Shown: in pieces, positions 36,406 through 46,646 of the stretch
Layout: each line of letters starts with the position of its first letter
How positions within the stretch are numbered: the stretch's first letter is position 1
Origin: Xanthobacteraceae bacterium
Lineage (GTDB): Bacteria > Pseudomonadota > Alphaproteobacteria > Rhizobiales > Xanthobacteraceae
Assembly: GCA_035277225.1 (NCBI GenBank)
Contig: DATEKY010000065.1
Span: forward strand, 1-62,823
Direction: 5' to 3'
DNA length: 62,823 bases
Notes under the pieces: generated by a model
Told to the model about the DNA's origin: nothing
What the model saw: the letters and a program-made list of their open reading frames with translations, nothing else
The model's database searches: none
Position numbers and translations under genes: made by a program

Positions 36406-38904
36406 TCACACTCCTCGTCTTGACACGGTCCATCGCCGCGCAAGCTTTGACAGCTCGATGACTGTCACCGGCGCGAGCGCGACCAGTAGCGTCAACGCGC
36501 AATCGGCCGCCGACAGAGCGCCGATTTCGAAAAGTTCCTGCGCCACCGGGATGTGATGAATTCCAAGTTGCAGCAGCACCGAGACGACGACAACGCCGAG
36601 CAGCCGCAGGTTTGTGAACGCCCCGACCTCCCAGAACAGACGCGTCGTGCTGCGTGCGGCAAACGCCCGGAACAATTCGCCGAAGACCAACACCGAGAAA
36701 GCCAGGTTGCGCGCTTCGACGAGATCGCGCGCCTCGAGCGCCCACACGAACACTCCAAGCGTGGTCGCCGCCTGAAGGAGCCCAGTGGACACGATGAACT
36801 GCCACTCCCTGCGGCCCAGCATGGGTTCGTCTGGATGGCGCGGCGGCCGCTGGAGCACATCTTCTTCAGGCGGGTCTACAACCAGCGCCAGCGCCGGCAG
36901 CCCGTCCGTGACTACGTTGATCCAGAGCAGGTGGAGAGGAAGCAGCGGCAAGGGCCAGCCCGCCAACGCCGCTACAAGCATGACGGCCAGTTCGCCGGTA
37001 TTGCCCGACAGGAGGTACACGAGGGTCTTCCGGATGTTGTCGAAGATGCCTCGGCCTTCCCGAACCGCCGCGATGATGCTGGCAAAGTTGTCGTCCGCGA
37101 GCACCATGTCCGACGCCTCACGCGTGACTTCTGTGCCCGTGCGCCCCATCGCAATGCCGATGTGAGCTTCGCGGAGTGCGGGTGCATCATTCACTCCGTC
37201 GCCGGTCATCGCGACGATGGCGTTCCGTGCCTTCCAGACTCGGACGACCGCGATCTTGTCTTCTGGTGTGGCTCGGGCGCGAACGAGATCGGTCTCGTTC
37301 AACTCCGACAGAATCCCCAGCTCGCGCGCGATCGCGTGCGCCGTCACCGGGTGGTCGCCGGTGATCATCACGGTCGTGATACCGGCCGCGCGGGCCGCGG
37401 ATACCGCCTCGATCGCTTCCGTGCGCGGCGGATCGGCGATTCCAATCAGACCGAGGAGTGTTGCTGACTCTTCTCTTGATGTATCCGCTGATGAATCCGC
37501 GACTGCAACTGCCAGCACACGGAGTCCGCGCGCCGCCATTTGAGCGTTCGCCTCGATCGCGCCGTCAATCCCCTCTTCGCAGAGCGGCAGAACGCTTTCG
37601 ACGGCTCCCTTGATGTAGACCCGGCCATCGGCTCGTTCGATCGACATTCGCTTCTGGATTGAGTCGAAGGGCAGTTCCGAGACGCGAGGCGCCGCCCGTT
37701 CGATGTCACCGCGGCGGATATCGCGTTCAGCAGCCGCCGCCAGAATGGCTACCTCCGTCGGATCGCCGATGCCTCCACGATCATCGTCGGCGAGCTCCGC
37801 ATCGCAGCACGCAGCGCCGGCGTAGAGCAAGCTCGTATGATCGCGTCCCCAGAGCTCGCGTACGGCCATCACGCCAGTCGTGAGAGTGCCGGTTTTGTCG
37901 GTGCAGATCACCGTGGCGCATCCGAGCGTCTCGACAGCCGGCAGCCGGCGGACCAGGACGTGCCGTGCTGCCATTCGCTGCACGCCAACCGCGAGAGCGA
38001 TCGTCACGACCGCCGGGAGTCCTTCGGGCACCGCGGCCACGGCAAGAGATACTGCAGCCATGAACACCTGAAGCCATGGCCAGCCTCGCAATAGTCCGGC
38101 GACTGCGACGAGAACGACGATGGCGGCGCAGATATAGAGGAGTGTCTGGCTCACTCGTGCCAGGCGCCGTTGGAGCGGTGTGGTGGTGTCTTCGGCCGTC
38201 GCCAGCAAGTGGGCGATCCGCCCAAGCTCCGTCCGCATCCCGCTGGCGACCACCTCTCCGAGGCCGGTCCCCGTTGCGATCGATGTGCCCATGAACACGA
38301 AATCCCGACGCTCCGCCAGGGGTGTGCCCGGCGCGGTTGGTTCAGGACTCTTCTCGACCGGCGTGCTTTCGCCGGTCAGGGCGGCTTCATTTGTGCTCAG
38401 CGCATGCGCGGTCTGAACGCGTGCATCGGCGGCGACAACATCTCCCGCTTCCAGAACCAGCACATCGCCGGGAACGATGTCGCTTGCCGCAACGATGACG
38501 CTCTGGCCGTCTCGTACCACGCGCGCTCGGGGCGCGGTCATCGAGCGGAGCGCCATCACCGCACGCTCGGCGCGATGCTCCTGGAGGAAGCCAATCGCGG
38601 CATTGACGATGACGATGACGCCGATGGCGACGGCATCCAGCAGTTCGCCAAGCGCCAGCGACACGAGCGTTGCGCCGAGGAGCAGCCAAATCACCGGACT
38701 AGCGAACTGGCGCGCGATCAGGACGAGGGGGCTCGTTGCTTCCTCGCGTCGGATCTCGTTCGGGCCGCACTCAGTCAGCCGTCGCCCTGCTTCGGACGAA
38801 GACAGGCCGGGCGGCATGGCCTGCGAGGCTCGCGCGCTCACCCGATTGATCGGCTCCGCGGAAGGCGGTGCCGCCGTCACCTCAACGAGGTTCGATCGAG
38901 TCAT
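36406..38904 (-). CDS. P2-type cation-transporting ATPase (Ca2+/Mg2+-ATPase-like)
   Basis: Motifs seen: [43 protein letters not shown]. Ten-TM layout and no CPx motif. Its ATG overlaps the cusA stop (ATGA at 38901-38904). Confidence 0.88.
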   Translation of the reverse strand: MTRSNLVEVTAAPPSAEPINRVSARASQAMPPGLSSSEAGRRLTECGPNEIRREEATSPLVLIARQFASPVIWLLLGATLVSLALGELLDAVAIGVIVIVNAAIGFLQEHRAERAVMALRSMTAPRARVVRDGQSVIVAASDIVPGDVLVLEAGDVVAADARVQTAHALSTNEAALTGESTPVEKSPEPTAPGTPLAERRDFVFMGTSIATGTGLGEVVASGMRTELGRIAHLLATAEDTTTPLQRRLARVSQTLLYICAAIVVLVAVAGLLRGWPWLQVFMAAVSLAVAAVPEGLPAVVTIALAVGVQRMAARHVLVRRLPAVETLGCATVICTDKTGTLTTGVMAVRELWGRDHTSLLYAGAACCDAELADDDRGGIGDPTEVAILAAAAERDIRRGDIERAAPRVSELPFDSIQKRMSIERADGRVYIKGAVESVLPLCEEGIDGAIEANAQMAARGLRVLAVAVADSSADTSREESATLLGLIGIADPPRTEAIEAVSAARAAGITTVMITGDHPVTAHAIARELGILSELNETDLVRARATPEDKIAVVRVWKARNAIVAMTGDGVNDAPALREAHIGIAMGRTGTEVTREASDMVLADDNFASIIAAVREGRGIFDNIRKTLVYLLSGNTGELAVMLVAALAGWPLPLLPLHLLWINVVTDGLPALALVVDPPEEDVLQRPPRHPDEPMLGRREWQFIVSTGLLQAATTLGVFVWALEARDLVEARNLAFSVLVFGELFRAFAARSTTRLFWEVGAFTNLRLLGVVVVSVLLQLGIHHIPVAQELFEIGALSAADCALTLLVALAPVTVIELSKLARRWTVSRRGV

Positions 38905-41900
38905 GCGGCACCTTCCGTTGGAGCGGCGACGTCCTGAGGGATGGACACGGCGAGTGTTGCCCGCACTTGATGACGTCGCCACATGGTGTACGCGGCTGGG
39001 AGCACCAACAGCGTCAGGAACATGCAGGACCACAAACCCCCGACGACGGGAGCGGCGGTTCGTGCGGACACGTCGGCTCCCACGCCTGCCTCCCACAGGA
39101 GTGGCAGCAGGCCGAGTACCGTCGTCGCCACCGTCATGAGCAGGGGCCGGACGCGAGCGCTCGCGCCTTCAACGACCGCCGCATCGACGTCTTCGGGCTT
39201 GTGAATGCGGCCCTCGCGCATATATCGCTCGAAGGCCTCGTCGAGATAGACCACCATGACGATGCCGGTCTCCGCGGCGACGCCCGCGACGGCGATCAGT
39301 CCGACCCATACGGCCGTCGACAGGTTGTAGTGCATGAAGGCCAGCAACCAGATGCTGCCGGCGACGGCGAAAGGCAGGCTCGAGAGCACGAGCAGTGTCT
39401 GTGGCCACCCGCGCATCGACATGTACAGCAGTGCGATCACGAGGACGAGCGTGAGCGGGATGATGTAGCGAAGCCGCTCTTCCATTTGGGCGAGGAACTC
39501 GTACTGGCCGGTCCACTGCAGCCGGTAGCCGGTCGGTAGCTTTAATTGCGCCGCGACGAGCGCCTTCGCATCGTCGACCCATCCACCCAAGTCGCGCTGT
39601 GTCGGATCGATGTCAGCGAATACATAGCCGACCAAAACACCGTTCTCGTCCTTGATCATGGGGGGACCAGTGACGACCCGGACGTCCGCCAACTCCCCAA
39701 GCGGCACCGCTGCACCCGGCTGTCGGTACTGCTCAAGCAGATCAAGAGACCCCGATGCGGCACCCATCGGCAGGGCCTGTTGTGTAGACATGGCGCCGCT
39801 CGATGCCATCGGCGCGCTGGAACTGCCCCCGCCCATCCCGCCCATTCCGCCAGCTGCCGCGGCCGAAGAAGAGGTCACCATCCCGCCGCTCCGCGGTGAC
39901 GCGCCACCGCCGGCATTCGCACCTCCGAAATCTGATACGCCACCGGTGGACTGAACCGGCACGAGGATGCGGCGCAACGCTTGCGGATCCGAGCGTCGAT
40001 CCGCGGCGTACCGCAGGTTGATTGAGAAACGGGCGCGGCCAGCGATGGCGGTGGACACCGGCATTCCACCGACGGCAGCTTCAATGACGTCCTGCACGTC
40101 TCTGACCGTGAGGCCATACCTCGCAATGGCATCGCGATTTGGCACGATATCGACGTACTCGCGGCCCGTCTGGCGTTCCGCGAATGTGCTGCGTGTGCCC
40201 GGTACCTGACGGAGCATGCCTTCGAGCGCGATGCTGATCCTTTCGATCTCGCCGAGTTCGGAACCGAACACCTTGATGCCGACCGGAGTCCGAACACCGG
40301 TCGTCAGCATGTCGATGCGTGTGCGGATCGGCGGTGCGATCGCCATCTGGTACCCCGGCATCCGAAGCGCCGCATCCAGATCGCGCGACAGCTCAGCGAG
40401 CGTCCGGGTACGTTCTTCCGGCCAGACTGTGGCTACGGCGGGCTTCAGCCAGTCAGGGGCGTAGTCGCTGTACCAACGGTGCGTGTGGCGAGTCGGCCAC
40501 TCCTCACGCGGTCGCAGCGTGATCACGGTTTCGATCATGTCGAGCTGCGCCGGATCGGTGGCCGTCTCTGCACGCCCGGCCTTGCCATGCACGGACGCGA
40601 CTTCGGCAAAGCCCTTGATCGTCTGGTTCTGCCGCTGCAGTGCCCGGCGCGCTTCTTCGATCGCGATGCCAGGGAACGTGGTTGGCATCACCAGCAGCGT
40701 GCCCTCATCGAGCGGCGGCATGAACTCCGAACCGAGACGCTGAAAGATCGGCACAGTGCCGATCATCAAGACAGTCGCGAGTGCGACCACGACCACGCGA
40801 TAGCGGACGACGACTCTCGCAATCGGTCGATAGACGGCGACCAACACGCGGCTGACCGGATTCGTGGCCTCCGTCCGGAATCGTCCCTTCAGGAGCAGCA
40901 CCATCAACGGAGGTGCGAGCGTGATCGAGAGAATCGCTGCGGCGAACATCGCGAACGTCTTCGTATACGCGAGCGGCGTGAATAGACGACCGGCTTGGCC
41001 CGCGAGCGTGAAGATTGGCAGGAAGCTGACAGTGATGAGAAGCAGCGAGAAGAAGATTGGCCGCCCGACTTCTTTGCACGCATCGACGATGATCTGCTTC
41101 CGATCCGCGCCAGGCTCCGCAGCCGCCAGCCGCACATGCGCGTTTTCAATCAGCACGATGGCGGCATCGGCCAACTCACCGACCGCGATTGCGATGCCGC
41201 CGAGCGACATGATGTTCGACGAGAGGCCCAGGAACCGGATTGCGATGAACGAGAAGAGGACGGAGAGCGGCAGCACAAACATCACGACCAGCGCCGACCG
41301 CGCATGGAAGAGAAACACCAGGCAGATGATCGTGACGATGACCGCCTGCTGGATGAGCGTGTCCTTCAGCGTCGCAATCGAGCCGAGAATCAAGTCCGAC
41401 CGGTCGTACGTCGGAATCAGCTGCACGCCGTTGGGAAGTTGCAGCGTCGCGATCTGCTGCTTGACCGCATCGATGACCTGTAGGGCGTTCGAGCCGATCC
41501 GCATGACGACAATGCCGCCTACCGCCTCGCCCGTGCCGTTGAAGTCCGCGGCGCCTCGCCGGATGTCCGGTCCGAATCTGACGGTCGCGATGTCACCCAG
41601 ACGGACGGGCGTGCCTCCTGGACCAACCGCGACGACACTTCGCTCGAGGTCAGCAAGGTCCTTCACATAGCCACGTCCGCGCAGGACATATTCGCGGCCT
41701 GCAAGCTCCAACACGCGAGCGCCGACTTCCGCATTCGCATCGCGGACTGATCGGGTGATGTCGGTCAGCGTCAAGCCGAAGCCCACGAGCCTGTCAGGAT
41801 CCACGACGATCTGGTACTGGCGTTCGAAACCACCAAGGGAGGCGACTTCGGCGACGCCGAGCACAGCCTGCAACGCAGGACGGACCGTGAAGTCCTGCAG

Positions 41901-42374
41901 AGTGCGCAGTTCCGCGAGGTCGAGTCTGCCGGTCGTGTCCTTGAGGACGTACTGATAGACCCAGCCGATGCCGCTTGCATCGGGGCCGAGCGTCGGCGAC
42001 ACGCCAGGTGGGAGGAGCTGCTGGACACGCCCGAGTTGCTCGAGCACGCGAGTCCGCGCCCAGTAGATGTCCGTGCCGTCACCAAACAGGGCGTAGGTGA
42101 AGCTCATGCCGAACATCGAGTAGCCGCGGACCGTGCGGACGCCCGGAGTGCTCTGGAGCGCCCGCACGAGCGGGTACGTGATCTGGTCCTCCACGAGATC
42201 CGGGCTCCGACCCATCCACTCGGTGTAGACGATGACCTGCGGGTCCGAGAGGTCGGGAAGGGCATCAAGTGGCGTCTTGCGAACGGAATCCACGGCGAAC
42301 AATGCGAGCGCCAGGACGGCCCCGAAGACGGCCCACTTGTACCGAACGGAGAGTTCAATAATGCGTTCGACCAT
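38901..42374 (-). CDS. cusA: CusA-type (monovalent Cu/Ag) HME-RND efflux pump with a Gly/Ser/Ala/Met-rich insertion
   Basis: 1,157 aa. The TM4 region GGIAIAVGELADAAIVLIENAH is CusA-like rather than the CzcA DFG..VDG type. A low-complexity insert is encoded at about 39745-39950. Confidence 0.92.
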   Translation of the reverse strand: MVERIIELSVRYKWAVFGAVLALALFAVDSVRKTPLDALPDLSDPQVIVYTEWMGRSPDLVEDQITYPLVRALQSTPGVRTVRGYSMFGMSFTYALFGDGTDIYWARTRVLEQLGRVQQLLPPGVSPTLGPDASGIGWVYQYVLKDTTGRLDLAELRTLQDFTVRPALQAVLGVAEVASLGGFERQYQIVVDPDRLVGFGLTLTDITRSVRDANAEVGARVLELAGREYVLRGRGYVKDLADLERSVVAVGPGGTPVRLGDIATVRFGPDIRRGAADFNGTGEAVGGIVVMRIGSNALQVIDAVKQQIATLQLPNGVQLIPTYDRSDLILGSIATLKDTLIQQAVIVTIICLVFLFHARSALVVMFVLPLSVLFSFIAIRFLGLSSNIMSLGGIAIAVGELADAAIVLIENAHVRLAAAEPGADRKQIIVDACKEVGRPIFFSLLLITVSFLPIFTLAGQAGRLFTPLAYTKTFAMFAAAILSITLAPPLMVLLLKGRFRTEATNPVSRVLVAVYRPIARVVVRYRVVVVALATVLMIGTVPIFQRLGSEFMPPLDEGTLLVMPTTFPGIAIEEARRALQRQNQTIKGFAEVASVHGKAGRAETATDPAQLDMIETVITLRPREEWPTRHTHRWYSDYAPDWLKPAVATVWPEERTRTLAELSRDLDAALRMPGYQMAIAPPIRTRIDMLTTGVRTPVGIKVFGSELGEIERISIALEGMLRQVPGTRSTFAERQTGREYVDIVPNRDAIARYGLTVRDVQDVIEAAVGGMPVSTAIAGRARFSINLRYAADRRSDPQALRRILVPVQSTGGVSDFGGANAGGGASPRSGGMVTSSSAAAAGGMGGMGGGSSSAPMASSGAMSTQQALPMGAASGSLDLLEQYRQPGAAVPLGELADVRVVTGPPMIKDENGVLVGYVFADIDPTQRDLGGWVDDAKALVAAQLKLPTGYRLQWTGQYEFLAQMEERLRYIIPLTLVLVIALLYMSMRGWPQTLLVLSSLPFAVAGSIWLLAFMHYNLSTAVWVGLIAVAGVAAETGIVMVVYLDEAFERYMREGRIHKPEDVDAAVVEGASARVRPLLMTVATTVLGLLPLLWEAGVGADVSARTAAPVVGGLWSCMFLTLLVLPAAYTMWRRHQVRATLAVSIPQDVAAPTEGAA

Positions 42375-42379
42375 GGCCG

Positions 42380-43699
42380 TTACTCCTGGTGACCCGCATG
42401 GGGCTTTGCCGACGACTCAATCGCGTCATGCCCGGTGTGAGACCCGCTCGACTCCACCGACGACTGCTTGTGGCCGGCGTGGGGGTCTGAGTTCGGCGCT
42501 GTTGGTGATTCCTGCTTTCCGGCCGGCGCACCGTGGTTGTGGCCGCCAGTTCCACCGGTCGCTCTGAGACGGCTCTCCGAGTCGAGGAGGAACACGCCAG
42601 CGGCGACGATCTGTTCGCCTTGTCTCAAGCCTTCGCGGATCTCTACGCGATCGGCGAGTTGGGCACCGACCACAACAGGGCGAGGCTCGAACTGATCGCC
42701 GGCCGCTACGAAGACGTGCTGCTGTAGTCCCGTATCGACGACCGCATCACGCGGCACCGTGATGACGTTCTGTCCTGCGGACTCGAAGGACGCCGTCCCG
42801 TACAGCCCTGGCCGCAGGGCACCGCCAGAGTTGCCCGCCGACAGACGGACCCGCAACGTTCGTGTGCGTTCGGTCAGCGTGGGATAGATGAAATCGACTC
42901 GCGCGGCGAATGGCGATCGGCCGGACGCGGAAAAGTCCAGCTGCGCCAAGCTGCCAACACGCACGGCCGGGATGCTGGCCTCGGGTACTTCGGCCAGCAC
43001 CCACACGCGCGACAGGTCGGCAATCGTCAGCAGTGTCGTCGAGGGATCGACAGAGGTGCCAACCGTCACGCCGCGATTCACGACCACGCCGCTCCGTGGG
43101 GCGACCACGGTCACGAGCCGCTTCGGTTCGTCCGTTACCTCGATCGCGGCGATTTCATCGGCGGTCATGCCCAACACGCCAAGGCGCGTCCTGCCGCTCG
43201 CGACGACGCTGCTCGTGATCCCCGACGCCGTGGTATTTCTTCGTGCTGCCAGGTACTCCGTCTGAGAGGACAGCAGTTCTTGCGAGAAGATGTGCGCGAG
43301 CGGCTGACCCTCCCGAACGTCCTCACCGGTGGTGTTGACGTCCAGATGCTCGATCCAGCCCGCCACGCGGGTATGCACGTGCGAGATCCGCGACTCGTCT
43401 GGCACGATCGTCGCGACCGCTCGCACGGTCTGCGTCAGCGACTCCCGCCCGACGGTCTCCAGTCGAATGTCCAGCGACCGCGCGGCGGCAACATCGACTG
43501 GAACCCGGTTGTGGGTGTTCGCACCGGTCGTCGGTTCCATGCCGGCCATGCTTTCGACCTTCGGTGTGTCAACGGGCCGGTCGAAGGGCCATCCCGATCG
43601 CGCGTGCTGAATCCACAACCCGATCGTGAAGACGAGCGCCGTGGCGATCGCCGATGCGAGAGGCGCGCCGATGCGTTGGAGCGTGGTGAAGGATTTCAT
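42380..43699 (-). CDS. cusB: CusB-type periplasmic adaptor (MFP) with a His-rich C-terminal tail
   Basis: Motifs seen: SQELLSSQTEYLAA, VWVLAEVPE, VFLLDSESRLRA. The tail contains GGHNHG...PHAGHK...HTGH...PHAGHQE. Confidence 0.88.
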   Translation of the reverse strand: MKSFTTLQRIGAPLASAIATALVFTIGLWIQHARSGWPFDRPVDTPKVESMAGMEPTTGANTHNRVPVDVAAARSLDIRLETVGRESLTQTVRAVATIVPDESRISHVHTRVAGWIEHLDVNTTGEDVREGQPLAHIFSQELLSSQTEYLAARRNTTASGITSSVVASGRTRLGVLGMTADEIAAIEVTDEPKRLVTVVAPRSGVVVNRGVTVGTSVDPSTTLLTIADLSRVWVLAEVPEASIPAVRVGSLAQLDFSASGRSPFAARVDFIYPTLTERTRTLRVRLSAGNSGGALRPGLYGTASFESAGQNVITVPRDAVVDTGLQQHVFVAAGDQFEPRPVVVGAQLADRVEIREGLRQGEQIVAAGVFLLDSESRLRATGGTGGHNHGAPAGKQESPTAPNSDPHAGHKQSSVESSGSHTGHDAIESSAKPHAGHQE

Positions 43700-44952
43700 T
43701 TGACGATCGCCTCGTACGATCCAATGGCACGACCGAGTCGCGCCCAGGCAAGACCGAGTTGCGTATCCGCGACGATGAGATCGGACTGAACGCCCCAGAG
43801 CGCTTGAATCGCTTCGATGACGCTGACTAACGGAAGCTGGCCCGCGCCGTAGCTCGCAACCGCGGGTTCAATCGCCATCCGCGCACGCGGTAGCACGTCA
43901 TTCGTCAGAGCGGTCTGACGGTCGCGCGCCGCCTGCAACTGGCTGATCGCGCCAGCCGCATCGCCTTCGATCATGCGCGTCATCGCGCGAAGGTCGGCTT
44001 CCGACATGGCGCGCATGGCTTCCGCCTCCGCCACACCCGCCTTCAACTTCCCGCGCCAAATCGGCAGACTGATCCCGACCATCGCCATCCAACCGCGCCC
44101 TTCGGCCATCGTGTAAGAGGGCCCGGTGCGGATCGTCGCCATCGGCGAGTACATGTCCTTCATGACCTCCACGTCCGCTACGGCGCGCGCGATCTCGGCT
44201 CGACCAACTGCAAGCTCGGGCCGGGATGTCAATGCCGATCGAATTGACGACCATGCGGGTATGGGCTGCGCGAGCGTCAGTGGCGACAACGGCGGAACGG
44301 CAGTGTCGGCATCGAGCGCGAGACTGGTGTTGAGCATCGCCTCGGCTCCTCGCACTTCGGCTACCAGGGCACGCGCCGTCGCTTCGAGCCGTGCGACTTC
44401 GACCTCGGCGCGCAACACATCGGATTGCGGGGCGGTCCCGCTGGCGTATCGCGCATTCGCCGCGCTCACCACGCTGCGAGCAAAGGTTAGCTGCTCGTCC
44501 AGCAGCGCGGCGGTGCGTCGGCGTTCCTGGAGCATCAGGTAGGCGTTCGCGGCTTCGATCCCCACATCCAGCGTCGTCCGATTGGCCTCCGCTCGCAGGC
44601 GATCTACATCAGCCAATGAAGACGCCTTGCGATGCCCGCGAATGCCCGAGAGCGGAATCTGCTGCTCGAACGCGACGCTGAAGTCGGCGCCGTTGAGCAT
44701 GAACGGCAAGTGGTCAAGAGACGGCGAGAGCATGGGATCCGAGAGTGCCGACACGATCGCCGGCCGAGCCTCACCTGCCCGCGTACGCGCGCGCGCCGCT
44801 TGAATCTCGTCCCGCCGCTCGCCGGCAATTCGAATGACATCGCCGATCGCGAGCGGAGACGGGAGCGGCTTCGCGTCCTGCGCCGCCGCAACGGCGGGCG
44901 AAGCCATCGCCGTCAGCACCATTAGCACGATCGAGGAGGAGAAGCGGGTCAT
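43696..44952 (-). CDS. cusC: TolC-family outer-membrane factor (CusC-like)
   Basis: Signal peptide and two repeated coiled-coil/beta halves typical of OMFs. ATGA overlap with cusB. Confidence 0.85.
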   Translation of the reverse strand: MTRFSSSIVLMVLTAMASPAVAAAQDAKPLPSPLAIGDVIRIAGERRDEIQAARARTRAGEARPAIVSALSDPMLSPSLDHLPFMLNGADFSVAFEQQIPLSGIRGHRKASSLADVDRLRAEANRTTLDVGIEAANAYLMLQERRRTAALLDEQLTFARSVVSAANARYASGTAPQSDVLRAEVEVARLEATARALVAEVRGAEAMLNTSLALDADTAVPPLSPLTLAQPIPAWSSIRSALTSRPELAVGRAEIARAVADVEVMKDMYSPMATIRTGPSYTMAEGRGWMAMVGISLPIWRGKLKAGVAEAEAMRAMSEADLRAMTRMIEGDAAGAISQLQAARDRQTALTNDVLPRARMAIEPAVASYGAGQLPLVSVIEAIQALWGVQSDLIVADTQLGLAWARLGRAIGSYEAIVK

Positions 44953-45016
44953 GTCAGTCACCAGTTGAATTCCTGCGGCACGGACCGGCTCCAACCGGTC
45001 CGTGTCTCCGGCCGCA

Positions 45017-45706
45017 TCACCGGCCGGTCGTTGCGAGCTGCTTGTGCATCTCCGCAGCCGCCGTGGCTTCTTTCGCTTCGTCTCGCGACAGGCTCACGAG
45101 CCGATCGCAGTGGACCGCTGCTTGCGCGATCCGCGTACCTCGATAGGCCTGCGCCATCGAGGTGTGTTCGTTCACAGCTTCGCGATAGCGCTTGGCTGCC
45201 GTCTGGAAGTACTCCTCCAGTGCGTGGTGATCCGCCGGTGTGCTGGCACGTCCGGCGAGCGCCGCGAGTTCGTCATCCGCCGGCTCCGGAGCACCGCCGC
45301 CGGCATGGAATCGAGCCGCCCCTTTGGGCACCTCAGCGACGGCGCCCGCCGCCCGCTTCTCGTGGTACGCCGCCAGCTCGCGCAAGGTGTTCGCGGCCTG
45401 CGTGTTGAGTCCCGCCAGGCGCTTGCAGTGATCCGCAGCGGTATTGGCGGGCGTTCGTCGTGTCGGCGACGCAATGAACGCTTGCGCCATTGCGTCGTGA
45501 CGTGCGGCTTCGCGCGCGTATCGCTCGGACAGGGCAGCGAAGTGAGCGCTCAGACGCGCGTTGTCCGCCGGGTCGGCGCTCGCCACCAGTTTCTGAACTT
45601 CAAGTGTGTTCAGGATTGGCGAGGTTGTTTGTGCGTTCGCACTATTCGCAAGGGTCGCCAGCACCAGCGCGGCACCGGCTGCTACCCGAATCAAGATCGT
45701 TCTCAT
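45017..45706 (-). CDS. Secreted 229-aa helical protein with an internal duplication and conserved His/Cys (paralogue 1)
   Basis: Signal peptide. Two repeats of the pattern HF..L..RY..EA..H..MAQ......HC..L..L. It aligns along its full length with the ORF at 45811-46500. Confidence 0.75.
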   Translation of the reverse strand: MRTILIRVAAGAALVLATLANSANAQTTSPILNTLEVQKLVASADPADNARLSAHFAALSERYAREAARHDAMAQAFIASPTRRTPANTAADHCKRLAGLNTQAANTLRELAAYHEKRAAGAVAEVPKGAARFHAGGGAPEPADDELAALAGRASTPADHHALEEYFQTAAKRYREAVNEHTSMAQAYRGTRIAQAAVHCDRLVSLSRDEAKEATAAAEMHKQLATTGR

Positions 45707-45723
45707 GGCCGTCCAACCGTTCC

Positions 45724-45737
45724 TGTGACGTCGGTCA
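45724..45737. promoter_or_regulatory. GTGAC-N4-GTCAC palindrome 17 nt upstream of the start codon of paralogue 1
   Basis: GTGACGTCGGTCAC read directly. The same half-sites occur upstream of paralogue 2. Confidence 0.3.
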
Positions 45738-45810
45738 CGATACGAGTTGCCTTTTGGGCCCAGCCGAGGGGCGGGATCGAATCACCCGCCCACTCCGTCG
45801 GGTCCACCTC

Positions 45811-46500
45811 TCAGCGAGCCACGTTGGCCAGCTGCTTGTGCATCTCCGCTGCGGCAGTGGCTTCCTTGGCGGCGTCCCTGGACAATCTGACCAAGTTGTC
45901 GCAGTGCACAGCTGCTTGGGCGATCTTTGTGCCGCGGTAAGCACTCGCCGTCGTGGCGTGCGCGGTGGCGTCAGCTGTGTACCGCTTCGCCAACGTCAGG
46001 AAGTACTCCTCGAGAGCACGGTGATCGGCAGGAGTGCTCGCCTTGGCCGCCATCGCATTGAGTTCCTGTTCAGTCGGCGCTGGCGCACCCGCGCCTCCCT
46101 CGAAGCGTGCGCCCCCAGCCGGCGGCGTCGCCGTAGCACCCGAGGCCAGTGTCTGGTGGTAAGTTGCGAGCTCACGGAGCTCGGTCGCCGACTTCGTATT
46201 GAGATCCGCGAGCTGCTTGCAGTGCGCGCTCATGCCTGTCCCGAGGTTGCGACTTGGATTGCCGACGAAGCTCTGCGCCATCGACGTGTGGCGCTTGGCT
46301 TCGGCTGCGTAGCGATCCGCGAGCGCCGTGAAGTGCGCAGCGAGGCGCGCGTTGTCGCCCGGCTCTGCCCGCTTCACGAGCTGCTGCACTTCAAGTGAGT
46401 TCAGCAGTCCCGATGATTTCTCTTGGGCGGCCACGCTCGCTGCGAACGTCAAGATGGCAATCGCAGCGATCGACAGTGAACGGAAATGGACGGTTCTCAT
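45811..46500 (-). CDS. Secreted 229-aa helical protein with an internal duplication and conserved His/Cys (paralogue 2)
   Basis: Same length and pattern as 45017-45706, for example shared ...AKEATAAAEMHKQLA... and ASTPADH.ALEEYF. Confidence 0.75.
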   Translation of the reverse strand: MRTVHFRSLSIAAIAILTFAASVAAQEKSSGLLNSLEVQQLVKRAEPGDNARLAAHFTALADRYAAEAKRHTSMAQSFVGNPSRNLGTGMSAHCKQLADLNTKSATELRELATYHQTLASGATATPPAGGARFEGGAGAPAPTEQELNAMAAKASTPADHRALEEYFLTLAKRYTADATAHATTASAYRGTKIAQAAVHCDNLVRLSRDAAKEATAAAEMHKQLANVAR

Positions 46501-46518
46501 GACGGACCAACCTCTCTG

Positions 46519-46532
46519 GTGACCGAAGTCAC
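46519..46532. promoter_or_regulatory. GTGAC-N4-GTCAC palindrome 18 nt upstream of the start codon of paralogue 2
   Basis: GTGACCGAAGTCAC read directly. Its position matches that of the element at 45724-45737. Confidence 0.3.
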
Positions 46533-46554
46533 GCCGAATCTGTGCTTGTCTTCA

Positions 46555-46577
46555 CCTGCGCGTGTCGCACGCGCAGG
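46555..46577 (-). terminator. GC-rich hairpin (10-bp stem CCTGCGCGTG / CACGCGCAGG, 3-nt loop) downstream of the 46647-47024 gene
   Basis: Perfect inverted repeat read from the sequence. There is no U-tract, so its function is uncertain. Confidence 0.3.
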
Positions 46578-46646
46578 ACATCCCTTGTGTGGTTTGGGAG
46601 CGACGCCGCGAGCAATCGGCCTAGTAGCCGGCAGCGGCGCAGGGAC

